DNA of 64,000 nt, taken from Tubulanus polymorphus (taxonomy: Eukaryota > Animalia > Nemertea). This document shows, piece after piece, positions 26,900-39,462 of the stretch. The notes under the pieces are model-generated. The model saw only the letters and a list, made by a program, of their open reading frames with translations. It searched no databases and was not told the origin of the DNA. Numbering within the stretch: position 1 is the stretch's first letter; every line of letters starts with the position of its first letter. The stretch lies in contig NC_134035.1 of assembly GCF_964204645.1 (NCBI RefSeq), positions 2,356,001 to 2,420,000 on the forward strand. Direction: 5' to 3'. Made by a program: the position numbers and the translations under genes.

Positions 26900-27550
26900 A
26901 TTTTTCCACGTCGTTTCTTAGAAAATCCCTGTAGCTATGGTGCGTTTTGAAAAAAAACAACTACCGCAGTGGCTGCGGAAATCGCGGTGCATGAGGCTTA
27001 GACTTATAGTATTCGGATCATTGGTGAAAGAAACATTCTGAGTCCGTGTTGTAACGATCATATAGAACATCTCATACTCAACGAATGAAGACCAAAATGT
27101 TTCCTTCCGACGTTTCAACTTTATGCATCTACTATTCATCTTCACAAATAACTGAATACCATATTCCTGAAGATGACTGATATAGTCGAAACATCAAATA
27201 AACTACTAGCTCTAAGAAACATTTCTGACTATCACCTTTTCTGTATTAATTCTGATCACCAGAGACAAAAACACTCCATCTAAATTATAACGATAATATA
27301 GAAAATCCCACACTGAAAAATGAAGTCAGAAATGTTCCGTCGACTAAGGTTTTATTTGATGTTTCGTATCTATCTTAATAGTCATCTTCAGGGATACGAC
27401 TGCCATTATCCTGAAGACGACTATCAGGGTCGAAGATTTGAATATTAAGCTCAATGAAACATTTCCGACTTAGTCTTTCATTCTTATAGCAATAGGGATT
27501 TTCTATCATTGTCTTCACAACGTGGACAAAGTGTTTTTGTGGTCTATTCT
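26900..27550. mobile_element. Cluster of direct and inverted Penelope-like terminal-repeat remnants with degenerate hammerhead motifs
   Basis: CTGAAGA-T-GACT..AGTC-GAAA-CATC at 27167-27195 (+). Related motifs at about 27351-27397 (-), 27411-27445 (+) and 27108-27150 (-). Shared GGGATTTTCTA/TAGAAAATCCC tag at about 26919, 27299, 27495 and 28482. Confidence 0.55.
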
Positions 27551-28341
27551 GTATTAATTCACTGATTATCGCTGGTCTGATGATGATGATTGAGGCAGGG
27601 CTGTATTCATCCAGCTATCGAACGGATTAAGCGATCGTGATCCGCCCTTTTAGTCTCGCGTCGTCGAACGAATCGGAAACTAGTTAAACTACTGATAGAT
27701 CAGTGTAGTACACGCGCTCGCTTCCGAGTAGAAACGAACTAACGTTTAACGAGTGAGAGAGAGATGAGAGGATTTTGCGAAAGCATTTCTCCGTTCGAGA
27801 GTATCGGCTGATATCGAGAGAAAAAAATAACGAACGCGCTTTCTCGTTAAAGCACTGGCTTTGGCGTTCTTCGAAATATTGAAGCGGAAAATAATCGCTT
27901 GTTTACGCGAAGGAGGAGTAATTTTGACTGGTGCAATATCGAAATATAATTCTATGTGGTGTATAGTTTAATATACTGGATCCGCTTCTGCTGTTATGAG
28001 TTAGAGTTAAGAAGTTAGAGAAGAACAACGATGCCTTGTTTGGGTAAAGAACAAGTGACTTCAACTGTTTCGAATCGGGATCCACTTCCCCAGTTAGCGG
28101 ATTCAGAGTTTAAATTGAGTTTCACTTTCAATGAGGTAACTCAGACTCTTGAGTCAAATCTACTGGATAAAGATCCGCTTGAGTTAACTCTCGAGTTAAA
28201 GAATCAGTTGAATTACAACTAGTCAAATCTGAACTCTGAAACCGTTTAGTAACTGGAATTGATTTCTTCAACTCCGTAGTTGTCGATGACACTTCACTTG
28301 CTGTCAATGCGTTGGACGGGTACTGGCATATTTATCAATTC

Positions 28342-28391
28342 AGTATTCCTGAAGATGACTATTAGGATATAGTCGAAACGTCGAATAAACT
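28342..28391 (+). ncRNA. Minimal type-I hammerhead ribozyme motif (Penelope-like element type)
   Basis: Stem I TATTC(28344-48)/GAATA(28383-87); core CTGAAGA 28349-55 plus an extra T; stem II GACTAT/ATAGTC; GAAA 28375-78; palindromic ACGT in place of stem III; GUC cleavage triplet ending at 28382. A second degenerate copy starts at 28414. Confidence 0.7.
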
Positions 28392-29034
28392 ATGAGCTCA
28401 AGGAATACAGTTCCTGAAGATGACTATTAGGATATAGTCGAAAAGTTTTGGGACTTAACATAATTTTTTCGTTGTTATAGTGGGATTTTCTAGGTGTAAT
28501 CATCAACAGCACGCATATAGGTTTTTTATCGATGTAAATTCCTCGCTGATCCCACTTACGTAAGTTGCTACTCGCGCCGTGAGAAACTATTCACGCACGC
28601 GTTTGTATACGTCCATTTATAGAATATGACAAACTCATGCTTTCGTTTAAACGCTAATTAGTAATTCCGTTAGCGGCTCGGTCGGGGAGTAATTGTGTCT
28701 TGTCATCTGTCATCGTTGTTGGTCGCACGCATGGCGTGTATTTCAGCTGAGTCGTTGAAATTGATCTCGAGTTACACAAGACATGAACTCTAAGAATAAC
28801 CATATGAAGGTCTCTGGTTCTTCTTCGCAGCCCCTGGTGGTGTATAATAACGCAGGCGGGTGTTGATATTAGATGCCACGAGGCTGTGATGTCACAACAA
28901 TGAATATATCATCAATCTGCTCGTCGAACGTTGTATCGTAAACACATCTCATCTGGTAAGCGCCGGTACGCTGCTGCTGCTGCTGCTCGAGCTCGCGGTT
29001 GGGCTGGCTTAGTCATTTATCACGTGCTCGTTGC

Positions 29035-29308
29035 CAAAGCTTTCGATATCGTTAAATAAGAAACTCGTCAAAGCTTTCGATATCGTTAAATAAGAAACTC
29101 GTCAAAGCTTTCGATATCGTTTAAAGCGAAGCTCGTCAAAGCTTTCGATATCGTTTAAAAAGAATCTCGTCAAAGCTTTCGATATCGTTTAAAACGAATC
29201 TCGTCAAAGCTTTCGATATCGTTTAAAAAGAATCTCGTCAAAGCTTTCGATATCGTTTAAAACGAATCTCGTCAAAGCTTTCGATATCATTTGAAAAGAA
29301 AAACTCGC
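29035..29308. repeat. 34-bp minisatellite, about 8 copies
   Basis: Unit CAAAGCTTTCGATATCGTTTAAAA(A/C)GAATCTCGT, period 34. Confidence 0.95.
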
Positions 29309-31884
29309 GTTAACGCAAGCAGTCGGTGATGGATAATTTGGAGGTGTTAGAAGCGATATTAGGTAAACGCCGCCACACGGTGTCGACACTCGCCGCGAGC
29401 ACAATTCTTCAGTTTAAAGGTAAATTCAGACTTCTCCGTCAGATTTTTAAATGGGCGACATTTACAAATTATTACTCTTATTCGTTCTTTTGGCACTTTT
29501 CTTTTAAAATTTGGGACACACAGTTTGTATAAGACAGTTGCAGTAGTTGAGTGGTAGATATGACATTTACTGTTTGATATACGCCAGTCTCGCCAATCCA
29601 GGTTTCAGGAATTGGCTGCGACTGTCTTGTCTAATTGGTCTTTTTCATTTTCACTTAAACTTTGTTGTATGTGTTGATACTATGGAAAATTTATTTTCTC
29701 AAATTGATAGATTATATTTTCATTGAACAAAATCATATTGAAATGAACTATGAAGGACTCGTCCAGGAGTCTCTTGGAAGAAATTGAATCTCACGGAAAC
29801 TTTTCAATTCCGTAGCCAGGTTTGAAGGAACAGTCGTTGTGTAATGATTAAGAGAAGTGGCACAGTGAAATTATGCACACTCACGGTGTATCAAACCCAG
29901 GTCTCGTACATATAGAACCATAGTCCAAGAGCTAGCCCACCTGGCAAGTGGTTATACAGCTTGCCCTATACGCCTAACAGTTGTAATCTTGTTACTTTTC
30001 ACCTTGTATTTTACTGTCGATTGATCGCTCAATGCAGCTGACATCATTTCAAAGTTGTTCTAATCCGATCAATCCGATAAGATTTTTTTTCCTAAATGAA
30101 ACATGTGGTGCTAAGCATGGTTTTAGAATTATTCGGCAGTAGTTATTGGAGATGGGGATGACGTTTCTGATGTCAAACATCTTGTTTGATTACGTGTTTC
30201 TGCGTTCGTTTACGAGAAACAAGAAACACGTTTCGAGGGATAAGTTCTGAAATGTTGGATTCCGTGCGTTTTCCTGCATCTCGTGCGTCGCGTCTAAACA
30301 TGTCGACGTCGATCTTACCAAATTCATTACGACAAATCATTTGAAGAAAGTCTGTCACAACGAGCTTTAGTCTGTCATAAGATATGTCGGGTGGATCTGT
30401 CACCGGCTAATACTCGGCGGTCGTCGTGCGATGAACGTTTTAAAAGGAGAGAGAATTCGTTGAGAAGAACATCGCCGAGAAGATACACCGTCGTCGTTTC
30501 CTCCTCCATCAATCACGACGACTCGGCCTCAGCTTATTGATCATTCACTTCACATTAATATATCTCTTATTGACTGCATACAGATGGTGCAGACTCTTCA
30601 CTAAGCGTTATTAGTCATATCTGTCATCAGTGCTGTGGCATCTCTTGAATAAGCTTTGACTTTGAACCCGATGAACACGGCGCTGATTAAAAGCCTTATT
30701 TCCTGATCTTAAAATAGGGATTGCCCCTTCTATTTATTTGATCGGTTGATTTGATTTGGTTTTGTTTCCTTTACAAACCCACCCCTGTAGATTACATAGA
30801 ATTTACATAGTTTTGTTTATATCGAACCCCTATTTCGGCTTAGGAAGAGAGTTATTTAAATAGTTAGAGGCCTAAGCCACAATCGCAATTGGGTCTGTGC
30901 TATAGACTCGAGTTAGCCGTTCAAAATGGTACCAATTTGTTCCATGTATATATTTCACCAAGTTTGGCCTGACCAAAAAAGTGGGACTAAACCAGTGTCG
31001 AATTCTAGCACAGGTTAAAAATCACTGACTCGCCTCACTTGCCACAGCATCATATCGATAGCATCTTTATAGTTATAGTATCGAGTGAGTGCTTTACTAG
31101 TGAACGCGCTCTCTTATAAGGTACGAGCTCAATTTGACTGAGGGTCTGTGATGAGGTCCTGATTGAACCGGGCGGTATCGTCTCTCCGTATGATCATGTT
31201 CAATATTCCTGCCTCAAATGTCTATTCACACGACTACATCACGTATACAGGATATCATAAATACGCTATATCGATTTCGAGGTCTACATCACCTTTTTTA
31301 AAAGAGAAGTTATACATTAACGGTAGCTTTGACTTTCAGTATTTACAAAGCGAAATAGTTCAGGTGTTTTCCCTGCTGTGTGTGTCACAGCATAACTGAA
31401 ATGAACCTTGATTTTGCTCTGTTTCACCGATCGGTGTTTGTTGGATCAGCTCCTCCCTTACTGCTCGAGTCTAACCTGACATTCTATTATCCTAATCGTG
31501 CTTTTTAATTATTCACTACGGTTTATCAGGTATTGATCCAGAAAAAGTTAGAAGAAAACACTCGGATTAATTATTATTTCTAAACGTATGATTTCTATGG
31601 TGCGCCAATTGCCATGGACTGGTTACGCAGTTGCGAGTTCAGATTTAACTCAGAGTTAGTATGGAAAATAGGCCTATGTCCCTTAGTGATGTGAGACCTT
31701 TTTTTTTGTTGAAACCTTTTTGAGATTTTTTTTTATAGAAAATATGTACCCTAGTGGTATGAGACCTTTTTTTATGATTAATGAAAAGGCAGTGAGCGGC
31801 GCACGAAATTCATTAAACAAGATCAACGAATCTCGTTTGCCATCCCCCCAGACGCTCCTCGTATAGTATTCAATATATATACAG

Positions 31885-32076
31885 TGTTTTCACGAATCTT
31901 TTATGGTTTTAAATCCATTAACCGTGCGTGCGCTGAATTACGCGTCGAATTGCCGCGAAATTTCGATAATAACGACTTCAGTGACGGATCGCAGCTCACG
32001 TCGTCGTCCGGGGACGTGAAACGGATACGGAACATTTGGAAAATTGGCGACGGCAACAAAAACGGGAGGAAAAAAA
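31885..32076 (+). other. Candidate symmetric (phase 1-1, 192 nt) cassette exon of the ORP8-like gene
   Basis: TACAG|TG ... AAA|GTAAGC, open in the same frame as the flanking exons and CpG-rich like true exons here. The acceptor tract is weak. Confidence 0.35.
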
Positions 32077-33454
32077 GTAAGCACAACGCGTGATACGACG
32101 ACAACGCATTTAAATAGCGAACAAAGGAAGTATAATATTTCGAAATAGAATTTATTTCTGTACGAGATGAAATGACGCACTTTATGTATGTATATTTATC
32201 CGTTAAATGAAAAAATGTCACCTATCTCTATTTGCGATGTTGAATCGTGGCTAAAAAAAAGGAAGCGCTTTTTGTTCAGGGGGACAGCGAAGAGTTTGTA
32301 TATATTCGTTATACTGTCACAGATCTATTTGCAAGTTTCAATCATAGCTAAGAAGGAAACTTTGTGGGTGGGGGGGGGGTGGTGATGGCTTTGGGTTAAG
32401 AGTTTCAGTATATTCCTCGTAATGTCAATGGGGGGTGGTGGCTGGAAAGAAAATATCTGTATATTCCTTGTAATTTCAACAGGGGGAGGGGGTGGCTGGA
32501 AAGAAAATATTTGCAGGGGGTAAGAGCGGGTATGAGTTTGTTTGTTATTTCTGCCTTTGAATCAGGGATGAAGAAAAATCATTTTATTTACAGTTTCTGT
32601 ATATATGGTTTTGTTATAATGTTTATTTGCCGGAGGGGGGTAAGGGGTGAACATTTCTGTATATTCCTTATAGCGTCACCGATCTATTTGCGAGTTGGAA
32701 TATCGAGACAAAAAAAGTGCTTCTGATCGTGCTTCTGACCGCCGCCTAGCTTCAAAGAGGTGTTGCTATCGACAGGTAAGGTAAAGAGAAGAAGAGAGAA
32801 TATTCATCTCAGCTGTAATATCATCCGCCGTTATCGCGCGCGTGCTTTTATATTTATAGTGAAAAATGTCTGATCATCCGATCATCTCTTGCCGTACCAC
32901 AGAGGGGAAACATGTTGACACGCCTTAAATGATATTTTCATCACGACTAGTACGACAACAACGACGACATCATCGACGTTGAAATGACTAAGCACACGCC
33001 GCCGCGATCGTCGTTAAAGGGCAAGGTCGTCTGTCGTGAGCGTTCGATTTACAATTTCAGTATAATTCCGCGTCTCGTCGTTTTTTTCTTGCCATTCTGC
33101 GCGACGACTTGATCATCGTATACATAAAACTAAATGGGAAATAGAAAGTTCACCGATGCGGAAGAACCGATATTTCGTTTATACCGAACAATGCTCGTTG
33201 CATGTTTTGAAGTAAAAAGCCTCGATGTAAAGAAAAATTAGGATTTGATGTTTCTATTTTCAAAATCTGAAATTTTGAAAATGGTCCATAGAATTGAGCC
33301 AAATGGTTTACGTAAAATGCTTGGTCCATTCTACCAATTCAGAACAGATTTTTCCTGTTTGAGAATTAAGACCGTTTTAAATAACGTTATAGTGTGAACG
33401 TGGCTCGATACGAGTTCAATTCATATTCAAGATTTGAATGTCTAACCGGAATCC

Positions 33455-33593
33455 AGCCGATCTGGAGTTCAGGCGATCTGGAGTTCAGCCGATCTGGTGT
33501 TCAGCCATTCTGGAGTTCAGCCGTTCTGGAGTTCAGCCGTTCTGGAGTTCAGGCGATCTGGAGTTCAGCCGATCTGGAGTTCAGCCGATCTGG
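33455..33593. repeat. 16-bp minisatellite, about 9 copies
   Basis: (CTGGAGTTCAGCCGAT)n; explains the repetitive ORFs at 33394 and 33438. Confidence 0.95.
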
Positions 33594-34640
33594 TCGTCTG
33601 CGCGCGATCAACACAGAGAGAGAGATAATTAATCGACGACATTACTATTCACGAAACCGCGCTGCCTGCTGCTGCTGCGGTGGTGGTTGTTGTCCCGATG
33701 GAATAGCCATCGACGTTTATCATCGTCAATGGGAAAAAAACAACTCGAATGTGTATTTCCCGGAAATGATACGTCGTGACCGACATTAACCGCGTACGCA
33801 GTCCTTGTTTACCGGCGGCGGATCCAGCGTAGGGTGAGATTTAAGGAAAGATTTCCACCCCGGCCCAGAGAACTAACGGATTGAATTTGCCACTGGCACT
33901 CCCGATATCTCGAGTCTATCTCAGGTCGACTAAGATCTGATCAGATCATCCGATCTTTACTGGTGCCCGTTTTACGTTGGGCGAGTGCGAGCTTCTGTTG
34001 AGATGTAAAATATGGATGAACAAATGTTTGCACTAAGCCAAGATGATTTTTCAGTGGTGGCTATGGTACAAACAATAGTAAAATCTTGTAGCTAAAACTA
34101 TCCTTTTTATGATTCTAAATGATCTTCAAACTCACTTGGTGTATGTGAGCAACAAAATTGTAGAAAAGGGCCCTAAATATGTCATCTTTGACCGTGGATC
34201 CACCACTGTTTATTCCTGTGACAATGTTTTATTTTGATACACAAATAATAAGAATATCAGATGAATAATAGATCGACGCGAACGTATTTATTTGCCTTTC
34301 GCAGCAGTTTCTCGTGATTAGTTGCCAATAAAAACAACATTACTGAAGTTATGATCTATGCTGTGATCTATGCCCCTTGGGCTAAGTAATGAATTTATTA
34401 ATAAAATAAAACAGATATGAAATTTATAAACAGATATGAAATTTATAAATATGACAGATACTGATTGAAATCCGCTTCTTGTTGTTTGGGTGTTGCCCTT
34501 ATATATATTATTACTGCCTATTAGCGGTTACTAAGAATTGCTGAAGATTGCAGCATTTTGTGATAGAACCTAATTATTGACTATAGTTGGGCATACATTG
34601 GTATCATTGCTACAGTCAGCTTTTGCTGCTGGGGAGGTAG

Positions 34641-34847
34641 GTGACATTGGTATAATTACTATCACCCCTCGCCTATATCTGTAACTGTGTATCAGTCATC
34701 TCTACCTGCTGAGAAGTGACATTGGTGTTGTTACCCCTAGTCAATATCTGTAGCTGTGTATCAGTCATCTCTTCCTGTAGAGAAGTGATATTGGTATTAT
34801 CACCCCTAGCCTATATCTGTAACTGTGTATCAGTCATCTCTCCCTGG
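34641..34847. repeat. Approx. 70-bp tandem repeat x3
   Basis: GTGACATTGGT..ATATCTGTAACTGTGTATCAGTCATCTCT recurs three times. Confidence 0.85.
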
Positions 34848-35620
34848 GCAGATATATCATCCTGGTTTAGTGTTCAGTGTCAATGGTTGTTGGTTCTTGC
34901 CAAAGGACTTAATCAAGCAGTGTTCAGATCCATGACCTGTTCCCTCAACTGTTTTAGGAAGTGAAATTGAGTTACTTCATTTCATGCTTTTCTCGATCTA
35001 GAATAATTCTTCCACGTCATAGTACTGATTCATTGTTTACCTGGGGGGTAATGTGAATGGATGACTGGCGTTTATGATATTTCCGCGGTCGCGCTGTACA
35101 TGTATTACCTCATTACTAGGTATTCTACGCCAGAGAAAGAGAAACCCTCGACGTGTTGACATAGTTGATAACGTGTCATTGCTGCTGCTTCAGCGTCGTC
35201 CCGCAGCTCTGTCGTGCGGCTCATTTCCCCCCGTTTAATTATCGCAAAAAAAGTATACTATTCCGCAGTTGTCTATCAGCGTTAGACGATATCGGTAGAT
35301 GCAATGTTTGGATAGATCTCGAGTTTTAGATGGAAACGAACCTTTTCGTAAAAATCTCGAGTAGAGGAATGCCTGCCGGTGCGATAAGTATTTTGAACGG
35401 AGAATTTTCATTTTAACTGTCCTTGAATTCTAGGAATTTCAAACACTTTTGTCAAGTTTCAGCAAACAAAATTATGATTAGTTTTCATTCACGAGCAGGC
35501 GTTAACGTAGCGATGAACTTAATTACTAGGTTTGATGATAATAAGCTTCATGGAACTGGAGCTCAGTGTTAGAGGCGCTATTTCCTTCAAATGCTGTACC
35601 CTTCCCTATGGTTTTTGCCA

Positions 35621-35815
35621 ATTTTCTATGAGTTGGTGAAAAACCCAACCTGGGAAAAGATTGTATGGGTACTTATCCTTGTTTTACTGGATAAACATTG
35701 ATATAGTGTTAACTTCCCTATGGTTTTTGCCAATTTTCTATGAGTTGGTGAAAAACCCGGCCTGGGAAAAGACTATGGGTACTTATCCTTGTTTTAGTGG
35801 ATAAACATTGATATA
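35621..35815. repeat. Approx. 92-bp tandem duplication
   Basis: TTCCCTATGGTTTTTGCCAATTTTCTATGAG..GGATAAACATTGATATA twice. Confidence 0.9.
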
Positions 35816-38204
35816 TTTTAGGTATAGCGTAAAGTCCAGTACAAACATAGCCGTTAATCAGATCGCGGGAGGGACGTCTGTTCTATTCCCAACTCTCGTA
35901 TCTCATCGCACTTCTTCCTTTTAGATGTGATAAATTTTACCAACGCGGCGGCATCGACACTTTCAGAAACACCTGCAGCGCGGCCTTTCATTATCGTATA
36001 CCTCGTCAATCATGCGGTCGAGAGGGGCATTCGACTTCTCTCCCGCGAGCGGACGTGTGAAGAAATCGTTCGGTGGTGATATTTCATCGCTAGTCGCGGT
36101 GCAGCCTGCGGCGGCAGTAGAATTCTTATCGCGTGTCTGCCGTGGGCTAAACCCCCCCCCCCCCCCGTATCACATTCCTTATTTAGTATAAATCGCCCGT
36201 TAGGAATATTTGACATGCCGGCCTGTCGATTTGGCTTGTAGCGCCAAGTTAGATACTACCAAACAGCTATTCGTATGCCAGGAAGGCGATATTGGGGACT
36301 TCAAATTCCAAACAGGTAGTGATATATATATATATATATATATATATAACTTATGAATGTCGCAGTAAAAACCCTTAAGACGTTGTAAAAATAAAAATAC
36401 AATCTGCTTCTCAGATTGTTAAAGTAGGTAGTGTCTTATTGGAATAGCTGCATTCAGACGTGGAGATTAGACAACGAGTCCAAGACCATCCCGATGATGG
36501 CCTCTTTTTAGAGAGAATCTGAAAAGGTCATGTCTCTTGATTTCCTGATTTTCATTCTTGAAAATCGGATAATCTTTTGATCTTAGTGCGGCTGGTTTAA
36601 ATCTTAGAAGGTAGCGCGTCCGAGCGTAAATCTAGGTGTTTCGGCATTCTCTCGTTAATCATCAATTATTAATATTCACCTCGTATCGGCGTCCGATGTT
36701 TTTCCGTGCGACTACTTCATGAGATAATCAAATTTCCGCGAAGAACGTAATATATTTGTTCCGTCTATGAGAGGCTAGGTACGATTGGATATTATCGGGA
36801 GAGTTGAGTCCGTTCGCGATTTGATTAATTCTCCGCAGGTATATCCTCATTCGGCGACCGAGTCCGCGACATATCATCTACCGGTTTACAATCGCGTAGT
36901 TGCGCAGGCTGCCAACTTTTTCTCATTTTGCGACTCGCAGTAGATTCATGGCGAATCGGATTTCTTGGAATTGTACGTCGTATCGGTTTGCAGAAGAGTA
37001 GCGACGATCGACTATCTTCTTTCATTCTACAGCCGATCTAACAACCGAAGACCGATCTCAAGATTTTAGAGACCACTTAAGTCTTCCGACGATGCAAATG
37101 GCCCTTGAGTTTTTTTAACTGAAGACCAAGCCTGGTTCATCGTAAACACTTTCTTGTCTGGGGCTGTATGAAGGTGTTTTTGTGGCCCCTTGTTTAACCA
37201 TTTTACAGTATATTTGCTAGCCGCCATTTTGTTAGGGTAAGTTAGTGCTACATTGTCAGGTCACTTGTTTTCTCTTTTCTAAAAGTTGTTTTATCATATT
37301 TCACCAACAATTTTTTTCTATTCATTCAACGAATTTTGTGAAATCCAATAGAGAAATTAGTGAATTTATAAATGGGTGGAAAGTGGCGCTACCTTTGTGG
37401 GCTATATTCCTAGACTCCGAGATGTTTTGTATGTTGCGTGTATAACGAAATATTCCCGATCGATTAAGTTATTAGCGGCCCCGCGTATCGCGGCGTAGTA
37501 ACCGACGACGACGATGAGTGTTAAGTAATTGTTGCACTCATTGCTCCTCACTTCGTTGTCACTCTCTCAAAACCACATCGTCGTCGTCGGGAATCAATTT
37601 CGGGGGTTGATAACGCGGTATCGTTTAATCGTTCGTCATCGTCGATCTCTCCAGAGATCGGGGGCATTTTAAAATAATAGATTATACGACTTCGGGATGC
37701 GGGTCTTTACTCGACGCCCGTTTCTATGGCAACGTTTGTTGCAACGTACGCGCACGTACGTCTCGCGTCGTTTACTGAGTCCGATGATGATGATGATGGC
37801 GATGATGATGATGATGATGATGGTGATGATGATTATTCGGTATTAACGATTATACGCGGCGCTTTATTTTTGCGCGGGTCGCGACACCCACCCCTCAGTC
37901 AGTCGTTAGACGTCGTAGTCTGGCAGTGGTAAAACGGCGCAGTAAGCATTGTGTGTATGCATCGACGTTCATGTATCGTAATGTGTGATTAATCGCTGAA
38001 TTTTTGGAATGTATATCGTTTGACCATCAATTGGTTCAGGGTGAATATTTTGTGTAGTATACGTGCAGTTCACAGAGCTGCCGACTGTTCCTGATTTTTT
38101 GCCAACAGTTTCTGATTTTTTGCCAACAGTTTCTGGTTTTCAGTATTTGTTACTTTTCTATAACAGGAAATACTGATTTCATTTGTTTGATGCATACAAA
38201 AAAG

Positions 38205-38648
38205 TATGAAAGATGTTACTGAAGGTCTTACTGTTGATTACTGATAAATTTGAACAGAAATATGAAAGATGTTACTGAGGGTCTTACTGTTGATTACTGA
38301 TTAATTAGAACAGAAATATGAAAGATGTTACTGAGGGTCTTACTGTTGATTACTGATTAATTTGAACAGAAATATGAAAGATGTTACTGAGGGTCATACT
38401 GTTGATTACTGATAAATTTGAACAGAAATATGAAAGATGTTACTGAGGGTCTTACTGTTGATTACTGATTAATTTGAACAGAAATATGAAAGATGTTACT
38501 GAGGGTCTTACTGTTGATTACTGATTAATTTGTACAGAAATATGAAAGATGTTACTGAGGGTTTTACTGTCGATTACTGATTAATTTGAACAGAAATATG
38601 AAAGATGTTACTGAGGGCTTTACAATTGATTACTGATTAATTTGAACA
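38205..38648. repeat. 56-bp minisatellite, about 8 copies; degenerate relative at about 42005-42280
   Basis: Unit TATGAAAGATGTTACTGAGGGTCTTACTGTTGATTACTGATTAATTTGAACAGAAA. Confidence 0.95.
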
Positions 38649-39462
38649 TTTTCTTTTATATCTCAATGAAATGTTACTGAAAAAATTCAATTTGTTACTG
38701 ATAGCACTTTTCAGAGGTTTGCAGTCCCAAGTTGCCCAGTTCTCTATTGATATTGACTACTGGTAAAACATCGGAAATCGACTTGTTTCAACTTCTAAAG
38801 CAGGGGCTGCTTCCATAGATATGGCCGAGATTTGAGACCAACTTCTGAACCAAGTTCTACTACCAATCTTACAACTTGAAATCGATCTCACGATTTAAGA
38901 CCACTTTGGGACTTCAGTCTTGACTATGCTTTAGGCTTAAGACATGAATTGAAATGCCGACGCAACTATAACGATTACAAGAGGTAGACTTCAGATTGCA
39001 TCGCTGGGTTCAAAATGTGAAAATGAAAATGAGAAGGTTGTCAATTAGCCACTAATCGTAATTCAGTTCGGTGAATCTAGCCTCGGAGGTTTACTGAATT
39101 TATAGTCGTTTATGTTAATTCCCCTCGGGTAAAAGTTGATACCGGTCGATGAAACCAACGTCTGAGGTTTAATTCAATCGGTTTATTGCCTAATTAATCC
39201 ATTAAACTAAACATTAGGATCCATTTCCACAGTTGTGAATGAGAATTTAAATCTCAGTTAATTGAAAATGAATTAATCGCAGAGTTAACTGTAACTCACA
39301 ACTACAGAAGTATATCCAGTAGACTCGACTCAAAGTAAACTCATTGAAAATGAACTGATTTTAACTCGGAGAGTAAACTTACACCCACAACTTTGGACGA
39401 GATCCACCTTTTGGAAGAGAAATTAGGTAATTTCTATCTACGTCGTTATTTTCTCGTTTCAG

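Noticed and set aside
29035-29308. CRISPR-like appearance (palindromic constant part plus variable part)
   Set aside because: Variable parts are only 11 nt and near-identical, there are no cas genes, and the context is eukaryotic; it is a minisatellite.
33394-33789. 131-aa and 64-aa ORFs with repeated LEFSRSGVQP
   Set aside because: Translation of a 16-bp minisatellite.
37726-37932. Acidic poly-Asp ORF as an ORP8L-like negatively charged N-terminus
   Set aside because: It derives from a (GAT)n microsatellite, and the nearby donor is phase 2 or after the stop, incompatible with the phase-1 acceptor at 39463.
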